A program made the position numbers and the translations under genes. A DNA stretch of 64,000 nucleotides from Podarcis liolepis (lineage: Eukaryota): the NCBI GenBank assembly GCA_965112155.1, contig OZ218106.1; one strand, given 5' to 3'. Numbering within the stretch: position 1 is the stretch's first letter; the number at the start of each line of letters is the position of its first letter. Shown in pieces: positions 36,620 to 51,344 of the stretch. Below the pieces are notes generated by a model. It searched no databases, was not told where the DNA came from, and saw only the letters and a list, made by a program, of their open reading frames with translations.

Positions 36620-36960
36620 TACTGTTATTATATTTCTATTCCACACTTCAGCTCAAAAGTTCCCAAGGCAGTGCCTAACAATATATTAAATTCACAAATC
36701 TGCACAGTAACCATAAAACTTACAACATCAAACAAATCCTAAAACAGAACAACAAAACATCAATAAATTCACTCAATCCAGCGGAAATCTCTCCCGGGAG
36801 CTAAATCCATGAGCCAGGCAAAATAAATTTACCTTTATCTGATTTCTAAAAGCAGTGTTTGGGACAACTGGATCTTTCCGAAGAAGAAATTACACATGCA
36901 GGGTGCTACAACCGATAAGATCATGCTCCACATTGTCACACCTTGAGATAGGCCCTGCTC
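36620..36960 (-). mobile_element. Degenerate L2 LINE 3' fragment
   Basis: ttattatatttctattccac... end, A-rich UTR, and cagggtgctacaaccga (FSVVAP on the minus strand). Confidence 0.5.
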
Positions 36961-39510
36961 AGAGGTTATTCATATCACACAGATCACCAGGCATGGGATA
37001 ACAGTTAACAAGGTTTAGGGTTGGGCTGTAAAGCTAAACTGCGGTTAATTTTAAAAAGTGTATATGTCTGAATTCTAATGCTGCGCTAAAGGAGATGCAG
37101 AGTGGGAGGAGCAGACAAGCCTGAAGTTTACACACGTCGCTAAGTTCTAGCCAGGGTCTCTAATTATACAACTCAAGCCTTTGAAACAAAAACCTGTACT
37201 TTTCAAAACATTGGGGGGTAATATCCGAATTAATAGGAACATTAGTTTACTGAATTTCCACCACCAGATATGTATTCTGGTAAAATGAGAGTGTTTGAAA
37301 AACAGAGTTCATAATGGAAATGACAGCTCCACCATAGTACTGTCAGAGCTGCTGGAACAACAGTATTTAAAACGCCATAAAATTAAAGACTTAGCACATT
37401 TACATTTTCTTGCTACAGAATGATAATATGACCATGAAATGCAGGCTTGCTTTTATAACTAAATTCTGTGCCATAAGTCTAGGCCATAGTGGAAATAAGA
37501 ACTTTCACATCTACAGCAGTAATTTCTTTTAAAAACAGCATTTCATCTAAAGCCAGTCTTTCCCTCCCCCAGTCATCGCAGAGGTGTTCTGAAATCTTTA
37601 TCGGTGACAGATACAAACTTAAATTACTGTCTACTGGAGTATTGAAATAGGGCTGCTTTATATAGCTACACTTGTGTTTAATGTTTCACTTAATACATTG
37701 CAAGTGCTTATGCCTTAGCGATTCAGTTATTCTTAAAACATATTGAAGGTTGTTTTTTTAACAGCCTGTGGCAGTAAATTAATTGTATATAACAATTACT
37801 GTGGTGAGCATTTAAGAACAGTCATCCCCACATTTTCTGCCAAACCTTTTGGAAAAGAGAGTGTAAATGGGGGAGGGGGCTACCCCAAAGTCTGTTCTAC
37901 CATATTGACCTTTTGAAAATTATTGCTAGCATTTTATACACATTTGTCTCATACTATTAGTTTAGCCCAATACTTTTGTATGATGAGAAGACTATTTTAA
38001 GCTTTTCATCAATTTACTTAGAAGGTTATCTTGGAATATTTTATCCAACTAAACCTTTTATTGTCAAAGCATTACTAAATCTACAGGATTATTTTGTAAC
38101 ACACGGCTTTAAAAGAGCCTTAAAAATTTACAGAAGAGTAAATGGTCATTTTTGTAGTGTTACAACAAATAATAAAAATATGTTCCTGCAACCAAGTAAG
38201 ATAATAATTGTGGCTGTCTAATAAAATTCTAAGAAATCATATACATTAACGTACTTATCAATCTCACGTTGCAGCCATTACCTGGTTCTTACTCCATGAA
38301 AAACTTTAAACTCTTGTTTGTAGCTGCAATTATTCACCCAAATTCAGCATGAAAGCTTTTGTGGTGTCAGCTGAACCTCGTGGGTGTGACTTATGAAGAT
38401 AGGAAACTATAGTGGGGATTAAGAGGGAACAGCAAGGCAAAAGATATACCAGTGAAGCAGTTAGTGAGATGAGGAACAAGTCCCAGTCACCATCCTCCTG
38501 CAGAAGGTGGTCTGGAGAGGGGGTCTGGTTCTTAAGGATGGACCTGGATACCATGCTTATCTGTATTTATAGCAGCAAACAGTTCACATACCATTAGACC
38601 TAACAGACAGGTTTCGCTTAGAACTTATAACTTCCTTGAGCAATAAGAAATCAGTTAAATTAAATGAAAATCTTTTCAATCCACTTTACATTTTAGCCTT
38701 TGAATGTTATGCATATTCATCAATTTAGTAAAATAATGCCATCTGTACAAGATCTAAAATAAGTGCAGATTTTGCTGTTAAAACAGAAATGCACATTAAA
38801 ATATTTTCTTTAAAGGATTCTCCTACATATCTTTGAAATGTAAGCTTTTAGGAACCCCATCTTCCGTAACACACCACAGTTTGCTGGCAGGGGCATACTT
38901 TGTTAAGTGTTTTTTTCATATTCTTGTATGGCAACACCAAGCTGTTCTTAAGTCTAATATAGCACTTGTGCTTTCTTTTCTTCATCAAAGTGACATACAT
39001 GACTTAAATTTGCCAGAGAATTTCAGGACCAACTCCAGGTTTTTGCGGGCCATGGGTTACAAAAATTTCAGTAGGCATCCATATGATGCTGTCCCTTACT
39101 CCTCTAACCACATCCCTTCTTCCTTAACCTTCCAACCACACCCATCTCTTCTCTAGCCTTTCCCTTCTGTTCCTTCCCTATAAATACAAAAATTGTCCAA
39201 CATGACAGTCCTGTTCTCAAAGAACAATTTACAGTTTTGAACTTCACAGCTTGCCTTTTACATATTTTTTAAAAGAAAACTTCAAAATACCAACAGCATG
39301 CAAGCATATCTACACCAATCTAGTTTCAAAGAAGAATCCATGAAAAAAGGGTAAAACACACCAACTGGCAAAATTTGCGTAGGATTGGGGTGAAAGAATA
39401 GATCAGAGCAGAATAGAGTATGCGGTCCTTTACTCTAAATTTAGTGCGTCATACTTCTGTGTAAACATGAAGAGAATCAGAGTGCACATCTTTCCCTAAA
39501 AGTAACTAAG

Positions 39511-39590
39511 CCTGCAATTCTATACCCACACACTTCAGAGTAAGGCCCACAGAAAACAGTGGGGTTTACTTCTGGATGGACATAGAATTA
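39511..39590. mobile_element. Short palindromic interspersed element
   Basis: Arms aattctat (39516-23) / atagaatt (39582-89) with inner agtaaggcccac...gtggggtttact. Confidence 0.6.
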
Positions 39591-39619
39591 TAATTTTTCA
39601 GAATGCCCATTGTGGGGGT

Positions 39620-40130
39620 GGAACTAAAAAAAGCAAATTTTATATTAATAATTGTAGCATATCAGACTGTGTTATATCTAGTATTTTTCTTATTAAACTA
39701 TATAGATAGTTCAGTAATGGATAAACATAAGGAACCAATTTCATACATGTTGTCATCAGATTATTATATGCCGGTAAATGGAGAGCATAAACTACACAAA
39801 CAACAAAATAACAAACTGATAAATGTTGGGAGTATTGCTTTAATCAATAGCAAAAATTGAGTAAAAAAAGCAAGATAGTTATGGGGTAAATGGAAGCTAC
39901 TTATTGATTATTGTATAGTAAATCCATTACTTCCACAGTCAAATTGAGGTTTTAGATTATCTTCAATTACAGTACTCTGTTAGGTCCTTTGTAATTATTC
40001 ATATGTTTGAACAAACATCTTCAAATTCATGATCAAGTTTAAAACTTGTTGATTTTAGTAATGTGTCACATATACTCATTAGTGTGTGTGTATATCACAC
40101 ACTTTTGTATATAAATGTTTTATTTGTTTG
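39620..40130 (+). mobile_element. Degenerate L1 ORF2 C-terminal/3' fragment
   Basis: Translates FLLNYIDSSVMDKHKEPISYML..RLLYAGKWR..GKWKLLIDY, similar to the remnant at 54.6 kb. Confidence 0.5.
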
Positions 40131-40338
40131 TGTGTATGTATCATCCCTCTTCTTATTCTATTTGAAAAGCTCTGCAGATCTTAAAATTTGTTAAACAGTA
40201 GATTTTCCTTCAGCTGGTGCCATTTAAAAGATGACACTGTTATTCCTCTCTTTTTATTCTCATCACCTCATACTAGTTTTTATTCTCATCACCACATAGT
40301 AGATGTGCAATGTTGATCTCTTTTCTTGCCTCAGCCAC

Positions 40339-40542
40339 GTCATACAAATTTGTGAAGTTGCCTTGTACAGAATCAGACAGTTGGCCCCTCTCGCACAGTA
40401 ACTCTCTGCTGCACATTACAGCAACTCTCCAACATGCCAGATATTTTTCTTCCAAGCACTGTACCTGAGAGAATAGTCACTAAATCTGGAACCTTAGGAA
40501 TGCAAAGCATGTTTCAGCTTGTGAGCTATTGCCCATCCCTCC
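40339..40542 (-). mobile_element. Old tRNA-derived SINE with CR1-like tail
   Basis: Reverse complement of the 36429-type element (gaagttgccttgtacagaatcagac...atgcaaagcatg...tgagctat). Confidence 0.6.
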
Positions 40543-42297
40543 TCCTCTATCACATTTTTGTCTCCATGTTTTCTGGCTGTTGGCATAATCCCTATCAACA
40601 TATATATTTTTTATTTTCCAGACCTCCTTGGAGTTTCAGTCTGTCATAGTTGGTGCTAATATAGTTAAATTAAGTCCTGTTGTTGTTTTTTTTCACTGTT
40701 GAAATTGATTGCATTCCCAGGATAGGTTGGGAGGAGAAGCTGACACAGAAAATTCAAATGAGCTACTGAATATTTAATGAAATTTTTGGTTGAGCTTCAT
40801 GGTAAAGCTTATCCTCAATATTCTGCTTTTTCTACTCCTTGCTATCTTGTAAACTTCCTATCTCAATTCAACTCACTATTGGAACCTTTTCTCAAACACC
40901 ATTAAGACCTCAGACTAGTTTAAATAAAAAAGAAAAACCTCTCTGCTACTGTAGGTATGAGAACTAAGCTTACACTCTTGAATTTACATTGTCATTGTGG
41001 AAGTTGCTTTCAGGCAAGAAAAGCTGTTGAAAAAAATCACTTATCAAATGATTAAATAACATACTCTAAAATATTTAATAACTTGTTGTAAAATTAAGTT
41101 TGCTTTTCTTAAATGAAAGAAACGATCTATTAATTTTTCCAATTAATGATATTTTTCCACTTGAAAGAGCTTTCATATTACCTGTGAACATCTTTAAATA
41201 GATTCCATGTGGTTTGTGGTTAATTAAGAGAACCACTTATTAGCATCATAATCAGCATGATTCTGCCATGCTCTAATAACGAAGCTTCTTCCTCTGCAAA
41301 ATCGATATCTGTAGTACAGATATGAAAAAGCATACGGAATGTGGTCATCAAAAGATAGTTGTTGCTAACTGAAGCATGTCTGAGCAGCAGAACTTGCAAT
41401 GTCATAGGTATATCTTATTGAAATTAGCATTTATTATTCAATATTTAAGCGGGAGTGCCAAATAATCTGAAGTAAAATGAAAGATTCCTTTCACCTGCAT
41501 ATACAAATTATGTGAGAAAGTTTTGGAAAGAAACAGGATGTAACATTTGGCTGTTCATCCAATCTAAAACTTGTTAATGCTTGAAGACTTTCTACTATGT
41601 TACATAATTGCCCCATCTCATCAGGCAATAAACTGGCAAGGGGTACTGCTAAAAAGCCAGTGGTGAGTCAAGTTTGGTCAGCACAGGAATAGTACAGTCC
41701 ATTTAGGATCAAGGAAGCCTTGCCTCAAGGAAACAATGAACTTACATGGGGCTTTATGGCTAGAACACCTGCAGGAGGAAGAGAGGGTACAACAGCTCTA
41801 AGACAGCAGAGGATAGCTTGAATGTGAACATTACCTTCGTACAGTAGCCTAGTGTCTACACACATTTCTATATTCTTCTCTGTCCTCCATCCAGGCAAGC
41901 AAGATACAATAAAAATCAAGGATACATTCTAGCCAAACAATAGCACCTGGGATGTGAAGCAGGGCCAGTGGGTGGTATGGTCTGAGCTCTGAGGGCCAGA
42001 TAGAGAGACCTGAATGGTTGCCAAAGAATGTTGCTGCATTGATACATAGCAAACACTCTGGCAAGAGGGCACTGCTTTCAGGCCAAACTGATAGACTCTG
42101 GTGCATCTCATCAACTTTAATGTTTTGCCTTGCCTCTTTAATAGCTAGGCTTGAACTGATGTTAAATTGAACTGAAACTCAGGTCCATTGCCAATGGTGC
42201 TCTAGGGAAGCTAGAAAATAGAACTTATAAAAATCTCAGGCTGCCTTGAGACATCGGGCTCTTTGAGTGAAACCAGTGTAGCTGTTGTGACCAATTT

Positions 42298-42594
42298 ATG
42301 GCTGGTCCAAGACATTTTGCTACTTCAGGCAAAGAACAAGATGGTGTCTCCCCATTGCCCACCCCCCTCTGAAGCCTGGTAGACTAGCTCTTTTTTTTGT
42401 CAGTGGTCATAGAAAGTATCATCCAGCATACCTAAGGGTTAGGGGATGCTGGTCAAGCCATGTAACACACACAGCACTGTTGTGCAGCGGAGGGGATTGC
42501 CTGGGACTGAAGAGAAATTCTTGGTGTGGCTGCTGCCCCCCCCCCCAGCATCACCACCACCTGAGGTGGTGCCTAATGGTAGTGGTAGCACTGG
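42298..42594. mobile_element. Old hAT/Tip100-like DNA transposon remnant
   Basis: ccaagacattttgctacttcaggc...cctgaggtggtgcctaatggtag. An inverse relative lies at 61452-61700. Confidence 0.5.
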
Positions 42595-43074
42595 ATTAAC
42601 CAGTTATACACCTTGATGGTAAGTAGGAATAGGTCATTGATCTCCTAGTACTGGTTTTGTCTTCTTCCAGGAAAGTTCTTGGTTTCTGAGTTAGGCTCTG
42701 AGTGGGTTATGACACCATTTGCAATAGAAACACTGTGCTCTAGAAAAAGCTGTTCTTTCTTCAAGGTAGCCCAATGCATAAGCTTTTCAAGACTCCCCTC
42801 TCTCCCCCCCACCCCATTACTTTATAGAAGAAAAGGTTCCCTGCGAGAGACAAAGATAGCTCGATCAGCAGGAGGCATATGTGTTACAAAAATATTTTTC
42901 CCACCAAGCCAGGCACCCCTCCATTCCTCAGACAGCTCAATTTGTTCTTTTCTCTAACACAACTGACAGATGTATACAGATCAGGTGTTCTCTGTTGAAG
43001 AAAGAGTGCTTCATGGAAGAATGCTTTTTAACTCTAGCTGGATTTTTTCCCTGGAAATTCATTCTCTGTTTTTG

Positions 43075-43188
43075 ATAGTGTTGGGTTTTGAGTTACAGAT
43101 TTTGGAACTGCAGCTCCCATCCTCGCTGACCATATTGATGAAAGCTAGAGTCCAACAACATCTGGAGGGTCACGTCTCCTGTCCCCTG
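43075..43188. mobile_element. Degenerate hAT palindromic MITE
   Basis: actgcagctcccatc...agtccaacaacatctggaggg...cccctg. Confidence 0.55.
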
Positions 43189-46100
43189 CTATGGAATTTT
43201 CCTCTTACTGCTCTGAGAGCTTGCACTTCTGCAAACATTTGCAGAACACCAGAGTTGGTTATTTGCCTTCTGTTCTCTGCATCCAATACTTTCTGCTTCT
43301 GAATTACTAGTATCATGCTAGTGTATCAAATCCATTATCTCTTTGCGTAGAAGTGCTCGATAAGCACAATCACTCTGAACAAAGAAGAATACAATAGCCT
43401 TTTAAATCCAAACATATCTGAAAAGAGGAAGAGGCCACTTATCTGTGTGTCTTACTCTGTGGCTTGTTGCTATTGCAGCTCTGGCATATTAACACAGCCC
43501 TGCCTGAAGGATAACACTGCTGTGCGATCAGTACTTTAGAGCTTTCTGTCCCCTAAACCCCTGCAGCTCAATGCTTTGTAAAAATCGTATTCTTAAAAAT
43601 ACTTCTCCAGCAGCTGCCCATGGGCAGTGTCCCAGCAGTGCCTAATAGGCTACCTGTTATAGTAAAAATAGCTCTTCTAGCTGATATAGCAAGATGAAAC
43701 CAAGTTTCTCACAGAGGGGAGTGTGCGTATCTGTGTGACTGCATTCATACTCTTTCTCCTTGCTGCACATACTGGTGTGCCACAGTTTCAGACAGTACTT
43801 ATTCCCTGACAGCTTTGTGGAGCAAAGGAAACAACCATACTGCATTTATAGTTGATTCCTCAGATGTTGAGTAATCTGGTTTTTGCACTATGATTTTTTG
43901 ATCTGCCCATTATGCATGGCAAAGACAGAATGTAGCATTTCCGATAAATTAAAAATTACAATTAAAAATGTCAATGCTTTTCCAATTAATACCGTAGCAT
44001 GTAGCCTAGCCTTCTTTGAAAGGACTGAATTTGAGGACAAGATCCTTTTGATTGTTATGTTCAATTAACAAGCGTGTCAGAGATTTGTTTAGTTCGGCAA
44101 CTGCTTTGGAAATCACATAAACAAAATTGGGTGTAATGCAAAGTAAAACATGAGCCCTGAATAGTTGACATTATAAATTTAGGTGATTTGTCTTAAACAT
44201 CCTCACTGTCGTTCTCTGACAGAATCCTATTTCTAACACTTTAGAGAATAATAAAATTGACAAGTCCATATCTCTCTCTCATTTATTTTGGAAAGCAGTA
44301 AGGAGTGAATGTTCATCTTCATAGTTTTCTCTATCATATGCTCATCTTTGTGGCCGTAATTTATTTATTTATTGTGCCCTAAGCAGATGGGAGTTTAAGA
44401 TTTTTAACAGCTCTAGTATATTGAAAGAGGAGGAATACAAATCCCGTTTTCCTCCTTGTCAAGAAGGAGACATAAAATAGAAAATGTCATTTTAAGTATC
44501 TGAAGGAGGGGTGGGAGAAGACAGATCATATATTGGACCTGTCAAACATGACAGGCACTCTTTAAGCTGTATATGACAAATGAGTACATGTAAAGTCTCT
44601 CGCTCTATGCTTTTTGGCTGCTCTTGATTTACTATGGACAATTTTAATTACTCTACAGGGCTATGTGTGTATGCCAACTGTTAGGAGAAACATTTGTTTT
44701 ACAGTACTAGATTGATCAATGTATTTGTGTGTAGAGAAATGGTCTTAAGTATGTACTACTGTAATTTGATATGGACAGATTTTATTGATACACGACCCAA
44801 CACCCACATAAGTACATGCGCATGCGCACACATACTTTATTTCAAAAAAGAAGAGAAGTCAGAAGGGAGGGTTGAAGTAGTTATGGAAGCAGAATGCATA
44901 AACATACCTATCTGTTCATGGATAATTGATGTGGATTTCCTAGGACTGCAACCATTTTCTCAGGTTGCGCTTCTAGTCTTATGATTCTATAAACATGGTA
45001 ATAGAATTATGCTTACATGTACACTCCTAAATAATGTTCTTGTGGTACAGATGTTGCCCCTTCTTTTCCTTTGCTCTTTTGGAAATCCTACTGTTCCGTG
45101 CAACCTGTCTGATTGTTGTCTCTCAGTTATATTGTTGGATGGTGGATATTATGTTGTTTTTATTATATTTTTATTACAAAATCACTCTGGTGTCTAGTAG
45201 GATCACAGGCAGTTTAGATTTTAAATAAATAAAAAATTGGTATTCTGATTAGATTTGTGTGGGTTTGGTAGACTGATCAGCATTGTTTGTAAGTTGGCTT
45301 TATAGTTAATTAAGACATTTTATATTCTGCTGTCTGTTTTCAGTCTATCTATTTTTCTTCCCAAGATTACTGGATACAGAGCTAATAAAAATTCAGGGTT
45401 GCATAGGCATTTGGTGAATTTGATGTATAAGATTTATTTGGGGCTAAAAATCTTCACTTTTGTGCATTGTGAAATCAGTAGGCACAAGTCTATTACAAGT
45501 GGTTGGAATTGGATACCGTTTATACATTTGTAGGGAGATAAAATGAAATGTTCTGACATTCCTATACAATGTGCAACTTGGCATGCTTATTTCTGCTAAA
45601 GGTTTTATTCTGGGATGGGTTGGCAGGAAGAAAACTATGTTACATACAGCACTTAAAATACATATTGAACAGATTAAATGCATTTCTTGAAAAGTCTTTC
45701 TTGAAATGCATTTCTTGAAGTTTGTCTTTGTTATTTTCAGAATTACTTATTTTATAATAGATCTACAAACCTAATCTGTTCTGTACCTATTGTGAAGTTT
45801 CAGAATAGTTAATTCCCCTCTTGTACCCTATTCACATGCCTCCCAAGGCTAGTGCAGACATGACTGTTTGCATTCGCTCATAATGTTAAATCATGGCGTA
45901 GCCCTACATGAATTGACTTCAAAGAGCCTTAGTAAACCATTTAGAACCAACTCTGGTAAATGTAACAAGAAACGGGGTTATTGAACTGGTTGCTTTAAAC
46001 TAAACTGAGTTCAATTTAAATTAGGATCCCTGGTTAGAACATAATGCTGTTCTGTAAAAGTGAAGCTAATTTGCCAAAGCCCTCTTCCTGGCCTGCACAG

Positions 46101-46266
46101 GAGCCTAAAAAATCCCCTTCACTTTTCATGTTGGCCTCAACTATGATCAACACTAAACAGGATTTTGAAACATGTCATCTTCAAATCCTGGCTAAGAGCA
46201 AACCTCAGATGGAACTAACCATGATTAAGGCACACGCCAGTTTAAGCCGTAACTATGGTTGAAAGA

Positions 46267-46624
46267 AGGGACGCAGGTGGTGCTGTGGGTTAAACCACAG
46301 AGCCTAGAGCTTGCTGATCAGAAGGTCGGCGGTTCGAATCCCTGCAACAGGGTGAGCTCCCGTTGCTTGGTCCCTGCTCCTGCCAACCTAGCAGTTTGAA
46401 AGCACGTCAAAGTGCAAGTAGATAAATAGGTACTGCTCCGACGGGAAGGTAAATGGCGTTTCCGTGCGCTGCTCTGATTTGCCAGAAGCGGCTTAGTCAT
46501 GCTGGCCACATGACCCAGAAGCTGTACGCCAGCTCCCTCGGCCAATAAAGCGAGATGAGCGCCGTAACCCCAGAGTCGGTCACGACTGGACCTGAAGGTC
46601 AGGGGTCCCTTTACCCTTTGCCTT
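46267..46624 (+). mobile_element. Sauria SINE (Squam1-type), full length
   Basis: gggacgcaggtggtgctgtgggttaaacc head. 13-bp TSD tatggttgaaaga at 46254-66 and 46625-37. Confidence 0.93.
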
Positions 46625-49600
46625 TATGGTTGAAAGATACTGAAGATGATACTTCCATGTTTTGGTGAGTTTAGATAATGCGAAATTCTCATGATGTTCA
46701 GCCAGCATTATGATAAACTAATACATTTTTTAAAATAATAATGCAGCAAGGAGTGGTAATGTTAATTTAAAAAACAAAAACAAAAAACCTACAAAACACA
46801 TATGTACAGACCAAACCTAACTGTATAAAGCTGGTGTAGATTATGTCAGCACACAGTACACTGGTGTAGGTTCCCCCTATTCAAAACTCCGTTCAGGAGG
46901 AATTTGACTTACAACCCAGTTCCTCTGGGTTTAATCACATTGCCAAACTGAAAGTCTCACTTTGCCCCATGCTGCCCCCAGAATGCTTTTGTGGGGAACT
47001 GAGACTCAGTCAGGGTGAGGGACTTACTTCAGCATAGCCCTGTATCAGCCAGGAAACCTGAAGATCTACTAAATCTGAACTCTGTCATGCTGAGTTTGGT
47101 CATGCTTTCAGGCAGTAGTCCTATGTACACTACGTATATCCCCACAGTTTTGCACATACATTTTTTGTTGCAAGGACTTCATCCTCTCAGTAGTAAAATT
47201 CCAGTCATTGCTATAAATAATTCTGAGCTCAAATCCAAACTTGCTTTTTAAAAATCTTTTAAAAGTAGTATGTACAGCATTGCTTCTCCAGCCATTTGAA
47301 ATGGAATGTTATCAGTGGATTTGATGAAGTCTGGCTTTCAAACTTTTATCATAGTTTTAAATCCCCATGCAAAGCCTTGAACTTGTTTCTACAGTTGTGT
47401 GCAATTCCAAATATCTCATTATCAATTTGCTAATATAGTGTGTTTGCTGCTTTCACAGCTCTCAGTGAATATTTTATGTTTGAACGATGATACTTAGTAA
47501 GCAGTTGCCACACTGCAGGCATTGTCAATAAGATTCAAATAGTTCACTTTTTAAAAAAATCCTGGGAATTAAGCTGACTTTAGTGCCTCAATTATAAATC
47601 AGTGCAGTCTTTCAGAAATGATGCACCATGTTTGATCCCCTTGCCCTGCCCACTATTTGTTGAATTTTTGTATTAACAGACATTTCTCATTTTATGTGCT
47701 CCTGATTATGGAACATAAAGTTAATTAAATATTATATATCTGGCCTGTTCCTTCTTTTATCTATAGATAAATGATACTTGAAGTTTCTAGTATCATCAGT
47801 GTTCATGATGTTCATTGGAACTATGTCCCGGATGATTATCTGAACGGTGTATGCTTTCACTTCCGCAAGACCTCAAAGTATTTGGGTCACTGCACAATGA
47901 AATACTTTTTAGGTTGAACATATCCCATAAGACACTCTAGAAAAGAACTGGCAACCAAATAGCAAAGTGAAAATGTAAACCTCGGAGTTTTATATGTTTA
48001 AAAGGATTTCCCGAAGAACAAAAATAAGAATGCATTAGCTGTGATCAACTTTAACTGCTTTGGTTTAGATTACCGTACTTTTGACCTCCTTAAATGCATC
48101 TGCTAGGCATATATCAAAATAAATAAATACTGTTCCTATTATAAAAGCTGATCAATAAAAATATGCTGTTTTTGCAGGAAACTTATTAATATGATACATG
48201 ATACATGACTAACCCATTCCTCTCAAAAGAGATGTGTATTGTAATTAAAGTCTTCCTGTTTGTATCACGTTTTCTATCAGATTTTCTTGGTTTCTGTTTA
48301 TTTGAGTCTAGAAAAGAATTTTCTGGGGACTGTTTGCTTTCTGCTCTCTAAAACCACACAAACTGCTATTCTCATGGGGTTATACTTGTGCCTTCTTCCT
48401 ATTTCACGATAAGCTACAAACTTCCATAATCTGCTGTAACCAAGGTGTAGCAAAACACTACAGTTTGTTGGTGGTTCTGAGACACTCCTCAATGATGCAG
48501 ATCTAACATGCTTAACCTTTGTCTTAATTCTGCATATCTAGAATGAAGCATTTGTCTTCCCCTAGGTTGGAGTCTTGGAGAGAAACTGGGGCACTCACTT
48601 TTAAGATGAAACTGGCACATCTCAAGAAACAGGGACATTGCAAGATATAGTCCAGTCAATGCTAGTATAGCATCAAATCTGGTTGTTCTGTCGAGAGCCG
48701 GAGAGCTCCCTATGACCAGTGTTGGCTGGAATACTTTATGTAGGCTGACCAGTTAGATATCACTTTTTGGCTGTCTGTTCCTTTAAAGGCTGCACTTTCC
48801 CCTCCCCTCCACATCTCGTAGAATAATTAAAAGTGGTGGAGAGATGGCTTGCAATTGCTTTTTCACTCTATGATCCCATGGTGATATAATCAGATGTGGC
48901 CATGTTACGGTGTTATGGTGGGCAAAATAAGTTCCTCAACTGGCCTCACTCTGGGAGACAAAGAGGAAATGCATCTCTGTGTGCAAGAAACTGGGTCGAT
49001 ACATTCTGAGTTGCCACAATCTGCTAACATTTTCCTTGGCAAGAATTTCAACTCCACTTATGAATGTGGGTGGAGCTAGAGAATGCAGATGGCGATGTCA
49101 TCCATTCTCACTGCACACTTTTCAGTAGAATGTGTATCTTAGGCCACATTCTGCCCCAGTTAGACATCTCTGCTTGACTGGATTAGGATGAGAGAGCCTT
49201 GCCAATGGAAATGTGTTCCGTCTTCTCGGTAATAGACCGTTTTCATAGCTTTTTGGATAGAGAGGGCGTATATATGAAATGCACTCCCTGTTGCCTCATC
49301 ACTATGGAGCAGGCACACTGCCTCTGTTGGAAAGTATAATGAGTTAGATGAGATTATGTGAAAGCTGTGTGTGCACTTATTAGCTTAAAATACCCTAACT
49401 TGTCCTGTTCTTGCTATTATTTCTTGCCAGCTCCTCTGAGGGAGCCCAGTTCAGCATGGCATAGCGAAACGCTTAAAACCTAAGTGATTTCTCCACTCTT
49501 ACCACTACTACCACTGAGGAGATATTTAGAAGATATATATTCATGAAAATGCAGCCTATAAGGTTGTAGGAAGCTGCAGGCATTGTTAATTAGCACAGCA

Positions 49601-49707
49601 GGTAGTATCCCAAAGCTCAGACTTACAATTTGGTTCCTTCTTGAGTGTAAAGAAAAAGTGTGCAGGAAAAAGAATTGTAAAATTACTGAGAGGTGTATAG
49701 AGCTGGT

Positions 49708-49882
49708 GGGGAAGTGTTGTAAGCTCAGTGAATGAGCATATGTTCTGCATGCAAAAGGTGTCAGGCTCAATTTCCAGCATATCCAGGTACCACTAGGAAA
49801 CTCTCCTGTCCAGAAGAGCCAGTAATAGCCAGTTTAGACAAGTGGTCTGATTCAGTACAATGCAGCTTTGTTTATTCTTTCC
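49708..49882 (+). mobile_element. Old tRNA-derived SINE with CR1-like tail
   Basis: gtaagctcagtgaatgagcatatgttctgcatgcaaaagg head and tggtctgattcagtacaatgcagct tail. Confidence 0.65.
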
Positions 49883-50453
49883 TAGAGGGTTCTTAACAAC
49901 AACAAAACAAAAAAACACACTGCAGATTGACTTCATAGATTTGAAATTGCAGTTGATTCTTCTATTTGGATAAATTCCTCCCGGTTCTTTTTTCATCTTC
50001 TAAATTTATGTTTTCTGGGAATTAGGTAATGGTGTGATTGTTTTGTCAAATTTCCCTAGCCTCTGTAATTTTGCAGCTCTAAGATAGTGTGGGATTCTTC
50101 TAAGAATATGTTAGATTTATGATGTGATGATTCTCATCCGCAAAAGCATTATTACACCTGATACTCAAATCCCAGATATTGTATTTGCAGGTAATTACTG
50201 GAAAAATTACACTGTACTCACTTTAGGGAGCAGAAGTATTCTGAGTTATAATTTCAGATATTGAAGTTCATACAGAGAATGCTGACTGAAGGCAACCTTT
50301 TTCTGCAACTGGCTTTCAGTGTTCTCTTCTATCCATTGAATAGGTGGCGAGGTTATGTAGCTTTTCATTCCTTGTCCCCCAGCATAAATGGGCATTCATT
50401 AAAGCAGCATTGTCAGATGTTCATATATTTTGCAATTACTTTGCTGTAGTCTT

Positions 50454-50476
50454 TTGTTGTTGTTGTTGTTGTTGTT
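50454..50476. repeat. (GTT)n microsatellite
   Basis: Direct reading. Confidence 0.85.
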
Positions 50477-51344
50477 TCTCAGTTCTCCAGACAAAATTAT
50501 GCTTGATTCTTCTATAAAAGACCCATTCAGGTAGTTTTGCTGTTATTTTGCACAAGTCTTAACAATGAATATTGTAAAGTTATCTTTTAGTTCTAAATAA
50601 GATAAATATTTTCTGCTATTTAAAATTGCATATCTTTAAAGATCAGTGCCATGTAGGACAAAAAACAGCATGCTGTTTACTCACATTGAATGAAATGTAA
50701 TAAATCAAATCAGTTTATAATCTCTGTTCTTCGATAGCTATAGAGATAAGGTTTCATTCTACACTACTATTCACATTTCTGCTTAACAAGCAAAAGAAAT
50801 TATTGCATCTTATTCTTGAGGTTTAGCGCTTGTGTTACAAATTGCCTGTGGCTTACAGAAACACTATTATGGCCCAGTTCATTATGTTACCATGATTTGG
50901 TTCAACCTCAGTAATGTATGGAAGCTCAGATGATATGGAGTATTCTCATCATGCCATTATTACCCTTGGGAATTCCCACATTATATGAACATCCATAGGT
51001 TACCAGAGTGTTGTGGAGCCAGACAATAGCTCAGAAAATTTAGAAAGAAAAATGGTATTTCTGATCCCCTCATGGTTACAGGGATAAGCTTGATAATATG
51101 ATGGTAAATAATTTCCAGTGTGGACTTCAGTACTAAGTGCTATTTAGTGTAGTGTTTGAGAAAACCATCAATCATTTTTATATGTTTCAAACTTTGTGTG
51201 TGTGTGTCTTTGAATTTCCAACGCAAAACCAAAATAATTTAAAATAGTTTAAAATTCTGTTCCCTGCTGTGCCAGCTGCACAAGTAAAAAAATCATTTTG
51301 TGTGGAAGAAGCTGCTTTAGAAAGTGCCATCCATGTCAAATAGT

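Noticed and set aside
47771-47917. 48-codon frame with CpGs after a pyrimidine tract (MILEVSSIISVHDVHWNYVPDDYLNG...)
   Set aside because: No recognisable homology and no good donor site.
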